DNA of 64,000 bases from Camelus ferus (lineage: Eukaryota), in the NCBI RefSeq assembly GCF_009834535.1, contig NC_045697.1, forward strand, positions 50,842,001 through 50,906,000, in the 5' to 3' direction. The position numbers and the translations under genes were made by a program. The notes beneath the pieces were generated by a model. It was not told where the DNA came from. It made no database searches and saw nothing but the letters and a program-made list of their open reading frames with translations. Positions 48,654 to 62,489 of this stretch are shown in pieces (position 1 is the stretch's first letter; the number at the start of each line of letters is the position of its first letter).

Positions 48654-50569
48654 GAAAGATGTTTACAATGAAAAAAAAAAAGACTGTCTCAGAAGAACAA
48701 TTATTTTGTCATGCACCTTAACTGTACACGTTGATGAAGTAAACTACTTTGTAGTTCTTAGTGTTCCAGACCCAGTAGGACACCATATTTCCAGTGAGTC
48801 TTGGAATACCCATGCTGCTTCATTACACCCTCTGCAGACTTCTCAGAATAACCTCGACTTAGACCTACTTCAGTTTCCCAGTGGCAACATTTTGCTCTTC
48901 ATCCTACGGCTTCAAAAATGTATCATTAAATTAAATGTCTTTTCATTCTTGGGGGAAAAAAAACCCAAAGCATGTGGATCTATATTTTCCTGAGCAATTT
49001 ATTTACGTTTCTCTATTCCTTGGTCTAAAGTGATGACATTTAAAAGTAGTCTAAGTGGGCATCGCTCAGCTGACAACAGGACTGAGATTTGTCAGGTAGG
49101 TGGGATGAAGCAGAATTCATTCATATGGCAAATATTTGTTAAGTACTAACTATAAACTAGGTGATGAGGGTTCTAATTTGGGCCACAGTGAACATAGTCT
49201 AAGCCCTCAGGGGATTTAACATTCTAGAAGGATGGATGTTTAAAAAAATAGGTAATTAATTTATCACCTGATACAGTACAGATCCCATGAATAAGGTTAC
49301 ACTTTCCCCACCACCACCACCCACAGTGCAATAAGCACAGCTCCATACAAGCACCACCTAAGATCTCACACCTGCTTAGGGAACCCCATTTAATGACTTT
49401 GGCCTTGAAGAACCTGTGTCCTGTGCAAACTGAATCTATGAGTCACTAGACTTACTCAAAATATCTATGTTCAATCTTTGTATTCGTCTCCACAGGCAAA
49501 GCCTTATGGCCATTTCTGACAATCTAGTCTGCAGAAAGTCTGCAGATGACACAGATAAGAGCATTCCTTAGAGTTAGGCTCACCTGCTCAGAGGGGTTGT
49601 GTGTGGGCATCCAAGTCAAGAGCAGAGACCTGGCAACCCTGGCTGTGTCCCCCGAATCCTTTCCTTGTCATCTGGTTATATGATTGGAAGAAAGTCTTAT
49701 CTTACTTACCTTCAACTAAGAAATGAAGGACTTCGGCCAGGAGAGAGAGAAAATTTTGATTCTGCGTATACTTACTCGTATCATTCCAAACTTTGACTGG
49801 AGCTGTGGCTGAAGTTACTACTGGGAACAAACATGTATCTCCAGCCATTAGTCACTGCACTTTTCAGTACAAATAAATAACTCATATAGCTTCTTCCTCA
49901 GGACAAACGAGTTTTGGAATTTGGAGAAAACGCACTGGGAAGGCTCCCAGCCCACAGCTCACTCGGCAGGTATCAGCACAGCAGGTGCACTCGGACTGGC
50001 CTGTACCCGGTGGTTGGGAAGAGCCGTTTCCCATTTGCAGGGTCAACGTGCAGGTTAATGGAGATGCACCTATAAGGCACCTGACAGAGTATCAAGCAGA
50101 TTATGTATGAAGAATCCCTTATTTTTGTCCATTTTCCTCTCATTGTCCCTCTCTCCTTCTATCTGCCCCTTAATGCATAAAATGACTTATTCCTCAAAAT
50201 TCAGTTATGAAGAAAAATTCTGTACATCAGATCTGATTTCTCACTATTACATTTTATTAAAGTATAAATACATTTTATGGGGAGAAGAGTATCTGTTGTA
50301 AACTTTTATGAAATTCCTCTATGAAATATTTTATTTCCTAAGTTTCACTACCTTCAGAGATAAAAGTCATGCATTTTATCAGCAGTCAAACTATCTTTAT
50401 GAAATTATGAGTGGGATTGAATTTTACTTTGGAAAGTCCCAAATAAATTATTTAGAAATTTTTTAAAAAAGCATTGACTGGGTTCTTGTTTTGTGCCAAG
50501 TGCTGTGCTGGGTATTATGCTGATTGTACAAATATTGTTTTTGTTTAATTCATGCCAGAATGTGAGAAG

Positions 50570-51450
50570 AGTATTAATTTATCTACAGCATTTCACCTAG
50601 CAGCTCACTCCCTCCTCTTCAGTTTACTTTTCTTCCTTTGGCTTCTAGGTCATTGCACTTTCCTGGCCCGCCTCTACCTCTCTCATCCTTCTTGGACGTC
50701 TTCCTTCCTTCCTTCCACCACTTCTAGTGACTTGAAATGCCTTTAATACCTGACAACTTCCACAGTTATATGTCCAGCCTGATTCCCTCTGCTAACTCCA
50801 GACTTGACTGTTCAGCTGGCCTCTTGGTGTCCCACTCGGGCAGCAAGAACTATCTAAGATTTAACTCGTCCAAAATGATATACGTGGTCCTCCCCAGGAG
50901 TTTCCCATTTCCGTAGCTGGAAGCTCCAGCTTTCCAGTTTCACAGTCTGAAAACTGTGATGACATCCTTGATGCCTCCGTCATTCCCATGTTCTTTTCAT
51001 TTCCATTCAGTCTGTTTCAGCCACCCAGATTTTTTTCCCCTTGATCTCACCAGGCAGAATTCTGCCTCAAAGCTTTGACACTAGCTATTCCCTCTGCTGG
51101 AACAGTCCCCTCTCAGATATCTGCATGACTCCCTCCCTTTCTCTCCTTGGAGTCTTCGCTGCTCTGTGAGGACTTCCTTGACCATCCAACTTACAATTCT
51201 AACTGTCCACCATCCTCAGTCCTTCATCTCTCCCCAAATAGACACACCATCACACCGTCCTTGATCTCTTGTTCTCTTTGATTCTTATAAGCATTTGACA
51301 TACTATATTGTTCCTTCTTCCTAAACACACAATAGAATATAAACTCAACAGGATGAGGATTTTTGGATGTCGTGTTCACAACTGTGTCCAGCACCTAGAA
51401 CAGTGCCTGACACCTTGTGGGAATTCAATATATATTTGTTGAATGAATCC
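50570..51450. mobile_element. L2 fragments
   Basis: ccagcctgattccctct...ctccagact...; 3' end ccagcacctagaacagtgcctgacacc...caatatatatttgttgaatgaat. Confidence 0.75.
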
Positions 51451-54400
51451 TCATTTAGCAACCAAAGCAACTGAGGCTCAATGAGATTAAAAACCTTGGC
51501 CTAGATCACACTGTGTGAATGACACAGCTAGGATTAAACCTAGTTCTGCCTGCCTCTTAATGCTCCCCAATTGTGAGCTGTCAGCCTTTGATATTTAGTT
51601 ATTTATTTATTTTTTTTTAATTCAAAAGCTTTAAATTTTCCATTTTTTACAACTCTGCTCTCATTCCAGACCAAGCATGAACAATTGCCCAAGGCACTGA
51701 TCACGGCTGGAATTCAAGAGTTGTTGATAGTTTGGGCAGGTTTGTTCCTCAAACCTAGTCAAGGCACTCGTTTCCTTTTTCATAATGATGTAAACCTTGT
51801 TCAGCATCCTGACAGAAAAACAAAATGTTCTTATAGTTGTCACTGGTGTCATAATTATTCACCTAAACATGAGGATGCATATTTTGGAATAGCTTAAGCA
51901 ATGATAGAACTCAGAAAGACCAGACCTTCGTCAGAGTGGACCCAATCCTTAGAAATCTTGCCTAATCTTTCTATGTTTTCATCAGCATTCCTCTTTTGCT
52001 GTCAGCTGTCAACCCAGCAGTGGAGGCAGCCCTGCCTGGCCCGGAAGCCCAGTCCTGCACTTCCCTGTCTCCTTTTCCTTGTCTATAAGGGGAAACAGTG
52101 GCACTTCAGACTCAGAGGGGAGCTGGGAAGATTGAGATCAATGTAAAGACCTCAGCCAACATCAGGCCATGTAAAAAATATCACCACGTGGTAGTTATTA
52201 TTATGAAAGTTGTCAGAGATCCAACTAATCTTCTGAAATGAATAATTCACCAATTTTTGCCTAACTATCGTCTTAGTAGAAGTGGTGTTTCAAACTAACA
52301 CCTTAATCCTCCGGTGGAGTTTTCTATTGTAGTTTCTTTCCCACTTTCAGAAAGGATGGTAAATGTCATATGAGAAGAAATCTTTTTTAAAAAAGATAAG
52401 TGATCCTTGTATATTTTTGTACTTTAAAAAGGCCCCTTTAGCCAAGAAGTGCTATCATTTCTAGCATGTAAGACTACATATACCAGAAAAATTGCATTTT
52501 AGTAAAACATTTACCTAAGAGATTCCATGGTAGTATTATTTATAGGTTATGAGCAGACTTAGTCCAGTTAAAGCACACGTATAAAGTCAAATTTTTCAGA
52601 ATTAGAATCCCAGCCCCTCTGCTCCTTGCCTGTGGGACTCTCTGAGGCTGAGTTATTTATCCATAAAATAAACTAATAATTTCTCTTTACAAGATTGGTA
52701 TGAAAGATAAATAACTAGAACCACACACACATACACACAAAAATCAGCACGTTGCCTAGACCAAAGCAGATTCTCATTGTGTATTTGTATTTTCACACGC
52801 TTTGGCACTTTTGCTCTACTGTAATCTCAAAGTTCAATGATGCAGACATCAAAATGCATATTTATAATCATTCATATCAGTGGGACAATTCATAGTTGGC
52901 AAATTGTTTGCACTGAGATCACTAGAAATTGCAGCTCTAAGAACTTATTTTTTGCAAAGCTGCTCAGGCACAGAGCTGAGAAGGGGGCCCAATCCTCTAG
53001 GCCCAGGAACAGCAGACTGCCTATTCTCTACCCCTTCCCTCAGGGCCTCTCATGCAGCCAAAACCAGGGTGAATACTTTACCAAGCAGTTTTCATAAAGG
53101 GAAATTGTCTTAGGTCTGTGGATTTCTACCCTGGCTTAGGAAAATTCAACAGAAATGCTTAAGACAAGATTTTTAATGCAGGAGGAAGTCATACGTGCTT
53201 TCCTGCCCTGGTCCTTACTTCCTCAAACTGGGTCTTCTGCAGAATTCTGGTGACTCACCCTCTTTGCTGCAGACACCTGGCCAGTCTGCATGCTGTGAAG
53301 CATCATGGGAAATGAGCTCTCATGGCATCTATCAAAGTAGCTAACCAAGCTGGGGCTAAAACGTAAGTTCCCATGAGAGTGAGGAATTAAGTCTGTTTTG
53401 TTTATAGGGGAGTGGTAACTATCTAGATTAGTACCTGGAACTTAGTAATGCTCAATATACATTGTAATAATGTTAACATAGTGGACGCCACAGTGTAACT
53501 GACAGTGCTCAGAAGCAGAAATCAGGGACTTGATTACCTACCAACAAGAACCTTTGAATGAGTAACCTCTCTGAACCTCTCTTTGCTCATCAGAAAACTG
53601 GAAGAGTTGGGGTAGATTATTTTTTAGATTCCCTTCCACTTGTAAATGCTACCTCCTGCCACCTTTATTTAGGATAATTTAACACACCTTACACTAGGGC
53701 ATGCAGACTTTCTTTGGTCATTGCATGGAATGATGTTTTTGGTAGAACTGAGATGGGGACAATAAAAGTGGACCCAGAGCTGATCACTGAGAATTCCTAC
53801 TTGGAATCTACACATAGTAGTTTGAGCATAAAGAATATCTCACCAGTCGAGGACATTTGGGAAGGGATGTCTGGTCCATGAGAAATAGATTCTTGATCTC
53901 TCAACACTTCCTTTCTAGACCTTTGGTTGGTGCCAAAAGAGCCACCTTCACCAGTCAGTCTAATAAGAACAAAGTCCTGGAACAAACATCCTCTGCCACA
54001 GAGCTGCCTGGATGGGTAAAGCTAACCATTGAAAGCTAAGGGGGAAAAACTGGAGCCACTCAGTGGAGAACAGTGCAGGTGGAAGACAGAGTTCCCAAGG
54101 GGTGGATGTTCGTATAACATGGCAGGTGGAACTATGTGACACCTGGGAACAATGGGCTCCAGCAGGACCAAGGGGCTATACTTCTCCTACTGTAGAATAT
54201 TCACTTTCTCTGGATATTTATTTTATTCTAATAAAACTTCCTTTTAATATATTAATGGCCACTGCCATTTCACTTTAGGGAGTCAGTGTTCACACCCTAT
54301 TAGTCACAAGAAGAGATTTATTTTTTGAGCTGGAGCTTGAGATGTGGTTTCACCCTCAAGTGCCAGGCCCCTCCGTTCCCAGGTTTAGATGATAATTACT

Positions 54401-54689
54401 ATTCCTTAAGTTAACCCAAGTCACTCGGAGATGGGAGGGAGTGGTTGAGAAAGGAACAGAACGTCACTGAAGCCTCCTGGTGTTCTCACCCTGCCCCGGG
54501 ACTTCTCTCACTCCCGGTCCTGCATGGAAGGCCCTGGCCTTTCTGTGAGACAAACTCTCCTTGGCCCTAGCTGGGAGGAAAATTGGAAGAGCTACCCTCT
54601 AAAGTAAGCCAATATCATCCATAGTCTAGGCCAAAGAAAACCAGGAGACATTTGGCACAAAGAAATTGCCGTCTAGAAATGAGGTCCCA

Positions 54690-55310
54690 TGTCGCATTTG
54701 CATAAATTTGTCATGAACCTGCTGTTTCAATAGAAGAGGGGACCAGCAAGAACTTGCGTCTCCTGGCATCCTGCTGCCCTTTGCAGCCACGGTCAGACTT
54801 TTTCACTTCATGCTTTGTTTCTGCTCCTCTTAGTGGACCCAAGGCTGCCAGATCTGAGGCTACAGATGATTTTACCCAAAAGTTTACGTGCTAGGAGTGA
54901 GCAGCCTGAATTGCGCAACACTTCAATTGGCTAATATTTCAGTTTCTTGAGTCATAAGCCTGACAAGGAGCTACAGAGCATGACGCAGCAGATCCTGAGT
55001 CAGTGCATGTGCGAAAGCAGTCACAGCTAAAGGTGAAGCATCGCAGGCACTCTCGCGACCACCATCTACCCCACAGCCTTATTCTGGGATGGAGATTCCT
55101 CTCTATCAATTCAGTGGCATTTGTTCCTATAAATTTAAGGTAAACTTCAGACCTTCAGAAACATATTCCAAGACACATGATGAACAATACCTCGTGTGCC
55201 GTCTCCTCCTATCCCAACTGCCAAAGTCTCCTGACAGGAAATGACAACAGCTGTCAGTCTATTAATTCATGAGCAATTTGATGTTTCTTAAGTGATAAGT
55301 GCACGTGGGG
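54690..55310. promoter_or_regulatory. Candidate distal inflammatory enhancer (C/EBP, AP-1 x2, NRF2-ARE, octamer, HRE, E-box)
   Basis: ATTTGCAT 54696, TACGTG 54885, ATTGCGCAAC 54910, TGAGTCA 54948 and 54996, ATGACGCAGCA 54980, CACGTG 55302, in sequence that does not look repetitive. Confidence 0.6.
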
Positions 55311-57194
55311 AAATGAATTCCTAGTGTCAGAATTCCAACACTTCAGAAATTCTTCAATAAACAAATATAGATTTTCCCTTTGCATTGACAATTAAAAAAT
55401 AAGATTCTTGAAACTAAACAAAGTAAATGTTTTGACAAATGTCGGTGTGATAGGTTGGGTTCCTAAACCATCAAACAGTGGGTCTGCTTCGGGTTGTAGT
55501 TTTTACAAAGACCTGCTGAGGATTCAAGAAAGGCAAGACCATAATTCTCCATTTTTAACTGATCATGCTCCATTGTTTTATGTTCTAGTAATAAATAACT
55601 AACAATGTTCTAATAATAAAATGACTTTAATTAAAGTTATTCCATTCATTTTCCAAGAAAGTATACCTGAAAGAAATACATGTTTGTACCCTGGGTGGAG
55701 ATGTCTCATCTGGAAGCCTTAAAACCATTGAAACTCTACCCCAGGCCCATCCCTGAAAGGTTCTCTCCCACCTCATTATGCACTAACTGGGTTCAGAGCA
55801 CTATTCTAGGATATCTACGAGAAGAAAAAATATACAAATAGAAGAAAACTTTTTTCAAAAAGGTAAAATACAAAATAATCATAGAAAGTATCTATTTTCA
55901 AAACTCAGCTCTTCAGCTATTTCTTCTAGAATTTCTTTCCAAAACTCTCCCCTCAAGCACAGAACTCACCAGGGAGAGCTGCACATGAAACACAACACTC
56001 TCCCTCTGTTTTGCTGACTTACTCTAACTTCCCGGTGCACTCCTTAAAGACAAGGGTCAGGTGTACTCCTTCCTTTCCTCACTAGGGTCTGACCCAGGGC
56101 CTAAGTCCTGGCACCACGCTCCCCTGTTGGCCTGTCTGTCTCCCCGGCCACAATGTGAGCTCCATGACAGAAGGAACTCTCCAGTCTGTGGCTTTCAGGG
56201 CCCTGCTCAGAAACTTGATATTTAATGTATGTTTATAGGTTAGTAATCAGAATATACTTGGAGCCTCCAGGACAGTGACCCTGTTGAGGACAAGCTGGAA
56301 GTGCACAGTCCTTGTCCCACATGGCCTAAATGTTAGGCTGACACACAGCTGAAAAAATTTCAAAGCAAATATAAGCTCGGGATAGCTTGGGAGTCCAGAG
56401 TGGCTTCTGGGCCTATTCCACTGCCTTGCTCACACGTTTCGCTAACTGCAACAATGTCACGGTGGTTGGCCTTCTGGTCACCTAGCTGGCCGTCCCATGG
56501 AAGTCAGCCGAGGAACTTCATATCCCTTCCTTCCTCCCCCCTTCATCCCAAAGCCCCTTTGGTGCTTTATACCCCTCTCTCAGGACTTCTAGTGATTCCC
56601 TCCCTGTTGAGCTCACTATCAGCCCTTGATCTCCAAGTCTCCCACAGCTGAATCACAGAGGAGTGAAGGGAGACAGGGAGCTAGGCTGGGGGAACGTGCC
56701 ACCTGCAAGACAATCAAATCTTGTGCGCTGCCCAGATCAACAATCCTGTGGTCTGTCTCCCTTTGTCATCTCAGCCTGTACGAACTCAATCCCAGGAGGA
56801 AAAAGAACAAATTGTGAAAATTCATTCTGCTACTGATGAGTTTTGTTTCAGATGTGTTGATTCTGAGGCCCCTGAAGGCAGGCAGGAGAGAAAGCTGTCC
56901 ATGCGGATTATAACATGGGCCTCAAAACTCAGCGGGAGGCAGGTAGTTCTGTTCTCCATGGTCCACAGGGAGAGAGATCAGAATCGACACTGCTCTGTCT
57001 GGACCCCCAGGACACCAGAATTCCTTGTTCCAAACCAGACAACTTGGGGAGGTTTTTGCAAAATTTCATGGTTAAAGACTGAAAAGCTCATTAACACTTA
57101 CACACAGAATTCTGTGACCCTGACCCTTGGCAGACCCTTCTTGGGGCTCTCCCCTGAGGCCACCTCCTCTCTCTCACTGTGGTTTTCTTTATTC

Positions 57195-57590
57195 CCTCCA
57201 TTGTTTAAAAAAGTGTCAGATTTATTAGGTGAATAAGTGAAACACAAATCTACAGTTTAAAACAGTATTATAAAGTGAACATATGTGTAACCACCACCCA
57301 GATCAAGGAATAATATATTACCAGCATCCCTAGAGCAGCCGCCCCAACCCCAGCCTCTTCCTCCGCCCACTCTGGTAAACACTTTCTGGTTCTTCTCAGG
57401 CATCATTCCCTTGCCCTTTCTTGTGCATGCATTCCTAAACAATGCAGCTCATTTTGCCTGGCTTTGTACTTCATATAAATACAATCATCCTGTTTTCATT
57501 CTTGTGTCTTGATTTTCTGCTCCACAATATGTCTGTGTGACTCATCCGTGGCATTCCACACAGTTATGGGTGGTTGGTTTTCTTTGCTAC
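57195..57590 (-). mobile_element. Old L1ME/MD-like 3' end
   Basis: aaagtgaacatatgtgtaaccaccacccagatcaaggaataatatattaccagcatccc...ttttgcctggctttgtacttcatataaat. Confidence 0.7.
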
Positions 57591-57807
57591 TGGTGGTTAG
57601 CAGCAGAGTCTAGGGGCAGACTGCCCAGGTTTAAATCCCAGCTGCCTCGCTTGTCAGACGTGTGACCTCGTGCAAATTAGTTCACCTCTCTCTGCCTTTA
57701 TTTTAATTTACCTGGAGTGGATTTGGGGGTATGGTGTGGGTCAGGGTTGATCTGGGAGGAGGTGACTGCACAGGAGAGCCCCATGAAGGGTAGGGAAACT
57801 GATAAAC

Positions 57808-57992
57808 TCAAGAAGAAGAAGAAGGAGAATGAGGATGAGGAGAGGGAAAGGGAAGATGAGGAAGAGGAAGGGAAAGAGGAGGGAAAAAAAGAAGGGAAAG
57901 GAAGGAGAGAGGAAAAAGAAAAAGGAGGCGGGGAAAGAGGAAGAAGAAGTAGAAGAACAACAGCAACAAGAGGAGAAACAAGAAAAAAGAAA
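57808..57992 (+). repeat. GA-rich low-complexity tract
   Basis: Purine-rich run of (GAA/GAG/GGA)n. Confidence 0.9.
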
Positions 57993-58053
57993 ATGTACAA
58001 TAGGTTTACATGCCCTTCCCCATAAACAGCTGTTTAATAGGCTGAATTCGGCA

Positions 58054-58178
58054 GGGGAGGTGATAGCTCAGGGGTAGAGCACATGCTTAGCATGCACGAG
58101 GTCCTGGGCTCAATCCCCAGTACCTCCATTAGTTAAATACATAAATAAACTTAATTATCTCCCCAACCTAAAAAAAAA
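58054..58178 (+). mobile_element. Vic-1-type SINE
   Basis: gatagctcaggggtagagcacatgcttagcatgcacgaggtcctgggctcaatccccagtacctcc. Confidence 0.92.
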
Positions 58179-60659
58179 GGAGGGGGGGCTAAACAGGGTA
58201 TCACTTAAAATTCCACTATTTTTTTAAATATCTCAGCTCCCTCAAGGAGAAAGAATAAACAAGTCCCAGAAGTGAGGTTAACTATTCTAGAGGGGGTACC
58301 ACCTAGGACAATGAATGGGTATGCCAAACATTCTGCTTTTTACCATGGAAGTTCAGGAAATAAGTTCTTGACATTTTAAGACCAGCTATCTGATCCCTAT
58401 TTTTAAGTATTAGACATTCAGAAACATTGAAATTTATTTTTTTGAACATGTCTGGATTTGTTTTGCCTTTGAACTTTTGTCTCAACAAACAAGAAGCTCA
58501 AACATTGGACCATTTCAATAATGGATATGCATAAACTATGTTGGTCTGTGGTAGGACAGAATAAATGTTTGATGGATAACTCTAGTGAGGCTTTAGTCAT
58601 TAGATGACACCAAATGGCAGTGTCGTTTTAGATTTAATCAATTAAAGGCGTTTGTTAAGAAACAAGACCTTCATCTCCAGTCCCCTCCCTTGTTGATGTT
58701 GGATGTTCGGAGTGTCATGAGTCATTGACTCTCTACCTTGTGATATTTGTACTGAAGAAGATGCTTTTATCATTTATTGTGATATTATCATATCAAAGGA
58801 TGCTAAGAATGGGCTCAATAGAAATCAAATTTACTAAAGTGAAAATGGAACCAACAAATTTCTTTCTTATTTCCAGAAATTTCTTTGGGATAGTAAATGT
58901 GAAATTCAGCCAGTAAAATTGTATCCATAGCCTTGTTCCTTGCGAAGGCTTTGCAACAGAACACAAAGGGAAAGCTGACAGGTCTGTCCTCAAGGCAGGT
59001 CATGGGGCTCAAAAACAAGCAAGTCCAAGAAACTCAAGGGCCCAGGAGCTGTTTAGAGTCTATTCACGAAGTCAAAAAAAAAAGTTTCCCTTTGTTATAG
59101 GGCTTAAGTTGTGAGCCCCATGAATTAGGAAGTTTCTCTTTCCCAGAACTATCTTTGCCTTTATTCTAAGTACCATTACATCGAGATCACAGCACAAATC
59201 AGTGAAGCAGAAACGTGTCTCCTCCCCTGGGGTCTAACCTCCTGGGTAGCTGTCATTTAGGTGATCATATGACATGGCTCAGAACCTCAGGAATGTTAGT
59301 GGGTCAGTAGGGCATTAGGAAAGGAAGCTAGATTGGCTGCCGTCATGCAAGAACAGGCCTGGGGAGTTTGCTGTTGCTTTCCTCCAGGCACAAGTCGGAG
59401 GGTACATTGTTAATCCTGCCATGTGCTGCTGGACGCCACCGTGAGTTTTAGTGGCAAAGCTCTAACTAGATGAGATGGTGCACCAATGAAGTGAGTGACA
59501 GAGAGGACTAGAAACAGCACAGGATTTCAGAGTGTGCTCTATGGATTTTGCTCCCTCAGCACACACCTAGCTGATTGGAAGACAGGACCAAGGTTCCCGT
59601 CAGCCCGGTGACGGCCTTTCCCAGCGCGGTGGGACACTTCATGGGCTTAAGAGTCTACGTTCTACGCTCCCTGTGTGTTTTGTGCTCTCTTGCCTCGGGG
59701 GAGCTCCAAATCTGTTGGGTCCAAAGCAGAAGAAGTCTAAAAACTAGCATTTTCTCCTTTTTGGAGAAGCCGAAAGTAATTAAGGTTATGCTAGCAATCT
59801 TGCTGGGGGATGAGAAAGAGGAAAGTGTCTTTGAAGAGAAGAGACTTAAGAAAGCAAGAAGCTACATTTTCCAAGACTAGGAAAGACAGTAAGATTTGAG
59901 TTTCTACTAGAAATGAGAATGCTGAACTTCTCTCAGATCCCCAGAGAGGTGACAGGGCTCTGGGGAAATGGTTGATTTCATACCTAGGAAAGTTAGACCC
60001 AAGATCTGGAGTTGGCAAAGATGTCTGTGCTCCAAGCATGCATCTCTGTACTTCACCAGACAAGGTGAACTTGGAAAAGAGGTCTTTATGGATTGCAAGA
60101 CCAGAGGAACACTCTCCAAATGTTTTCTTTTGCATGTCTCCTGAGATCTTAGCTGTATCTGGGAGGTGGGGTGGTAGAAACCAAGGAGTCCCATTAATGA
60201 CTGAAATTAAAACTCCGACAACTCTGGGAGGATAAGGAGTAGGGTCAGATTTAATATTTTTTTAAAGGAATGTGAATTTTCTCATATACTTAAGTTTGTA
60301 ATGTAAGATTCATATTCTTTCCACAAGGCTTGAAAATTAGAAAAGGGCTCTGGGTTAACTGCAATAAGTGTTTGAGAGATAGTAGGTGAGAGATAGACTC
60401 TTATTAAAAGGCAGATTGGGAATCCAGAATTTAAACTCATGCTACTGATTTTGCTATGGGTCCTAATCTCAAATGCATAGACATACAACCACTTATAAAG
60501 CTTTGCCTATTATTCTAGGTGTGTTTTTATGACTCAAAAAATGCAAGATGCCAAAAACTATCTACATGAGAATGTGTCAGGAAAGGGTTGCAGTCCAGAT
60601 ACATATATGAAAACAGGAGACTGCTGAACAATCCAAAGATTTTCAAGCCTTAACAAATG

Positions 60660-60835
60660 ACTTAAATTAGCCACAATAAAACAAAACTAAAAATTCACTT
60701 CCTCACTCACATTAGCCCCATTTCAAGTGTTCAATAGCCACATGTGACTAGTGGCTCCTATATAGGACAGCACAGATATAAATGATGGGACATTTCTAAC
60801 TCACAGAGAGCTCTTTTGGATAGTGTTGTTCTAGC
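60660..60835 (-). mobile_element. MER3/MER33-like hAT MITE
   Basis: cacattagccccatttcaagtgttcaatagccacatgtgactagtggct...ggacagcacagatata...ttggatagtgttgttctag. Confidence 0.8.
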
Positions 60836-61514
60836 AGACTATTCCCATCTACATATAACATTCTGTAATATCACATCTTTAAAAATCATAAATAAAAATC
60901 TGTTAAAACTCTCTTCACCTCTCATCCTCCTCTGGGTACAATTCTATACCTCTAAGACCACTTACAGTACAATTCTTCAAAAGAAGGTCTACGCTGGCTG
61001 TCTTAACTTTTGTTTCTCTTTGGAACTCACTTCATTAAGGCTTTTATCAGCACTATTCCATATAAACAATTTTTGTCAAAGTGACCAAAGACCTGTAGCT
61101 AATTCTAGTTGTCATTATCAGTCCTCGTCTGAATCAACCAGAAGCCCTGAACACAACTGATCTACAAACACCTGCTTCACTGGATTTCCAGGACACCAGT
61201 CTCTTGATTCCCTTTCTACCTCTCTGTTACTCTTCTCAGTCGCCACAGATACATCCGCTTTATTGAATTCAGGCCTCCATCTTCTGATCTCTCCTCTTTT
61301 CTCTCTGCATTCCTTCCCTTAACAATCTCATACAACCTCGGTGCTTTAAGTGCCAACTTTATACTGGTAAATCCAAAATTTATATGCCCAGAGCAGACCT
61401 CTTTCTAAATTCCATACCCCTTTATTCAGTTGCTTCTTTGCAATCACCATTTGCATGCATAAAAAGCATGTCAAAAAATTGAGCATATGCATACAAATGT
61501 GTACACTTTTAAAA

Positions 61515-61850
61515 ATATATCAATGGAATCTAAAAAACAAGCAAACAAAACATAAATACAAAACAGAAACAGGCTCATAGACATAGAACACAAACTTGTG
61601 GTTGCCAAGGGGGTGGGGGGTGGGAAGGGATAGACTGGGATTTTAAAATGTAGAATAGATAAACAAGATTATACTGTATAGCACAGGGAAATACACACAA
61701 GATCTTATGGTAGTTTACAGAGAAAAAAATGTGACAATGAATATATATGTATGTTCACGTATAACTGAAAAATTGTGCTCTACACTGGAATTTGACACAA
61801 CATGGTAAAATGATTATAAATCAACAAAAAATGTTAAAAAAAATTTTAAA
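61515..61850 (+). mobile_element. Lineage-specific L1 3' end, inserted in L2
   Basis: aaaacagaaacaggctcatagacatagaacacaaacttgtggttgcc...atactgtatagcacagggaaat...tttgacacaacat, A-rich tail. Confidence 0.9.
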
Positions 61851-62489
61851 AATCAGAAATTTTGGAATATGTTTAGATGTATCTTAAGTTATCCAAACTT
61901 TTATTTTAGTTTACCTGCTTAAGCAAGTCCAAAGTAAAACTATTTGCTGTAATTAACATTTGCTTTTTTAAATTAGTAATTGATTTTTAAAGTTTTCCAA
62001 AGTATTCTTGCTAATGAATATTTTATAATTTTTTCCTTATTCTGTATTGTATTTTTAACTGATAGAAGAGAAAAGGTGATTTGACATGTGTATCAAAAAC
62101 AGGAAAAAAAAAGCATCTAAATATGGAATGTACAAAATTAAATTCCTGTTCCCTCTCCTGTACACAGCCCGATTCTCCTTCAGTGTTTCCCTTTCACTAA
62201 ATAGCTTAGTCTATTCTTCAAGTTGCTCAAGCTGAAAACTTGGTTTCAGTCATAACTCACAGTCAACCTATCAGCAGCTCCTACCTGCTGCCTATTTAAC
62301 ATCTATCTAAAATTCAGCTACCTGCTCCTTAGTTTCTCTTCTGCTACCACTAAATCCCACACTGCCCTCATCTCTCACGTGAAGTACAGCCTCCTGAAAG
62401 GTCTAGCTGGTTTACCTACTGCTTCCCTTATACCTCTACACTCTATGCTCAGTTGAAAACATATTCTTTCTGAATGAATAAAAAAAAAG

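Noticed and set aside
53800..54360. Possible ancient LTR (AATAAA at ~54230)
   Set aside because: No clear TG...CA termini or TSD, so it cannot be supported without Dfam.
56721..57236. Longest ORF in the track (171 aa)
   Set aside because: Non-ATG start, no recognisable domain or splice structure, and it runs into an L1 fragment.
57698..58077. Lys/Glu/Arg-rich and Ser/Phe-rich ORFs
   Set aside because: Artefacts of the GA-rich low-complexity tract.
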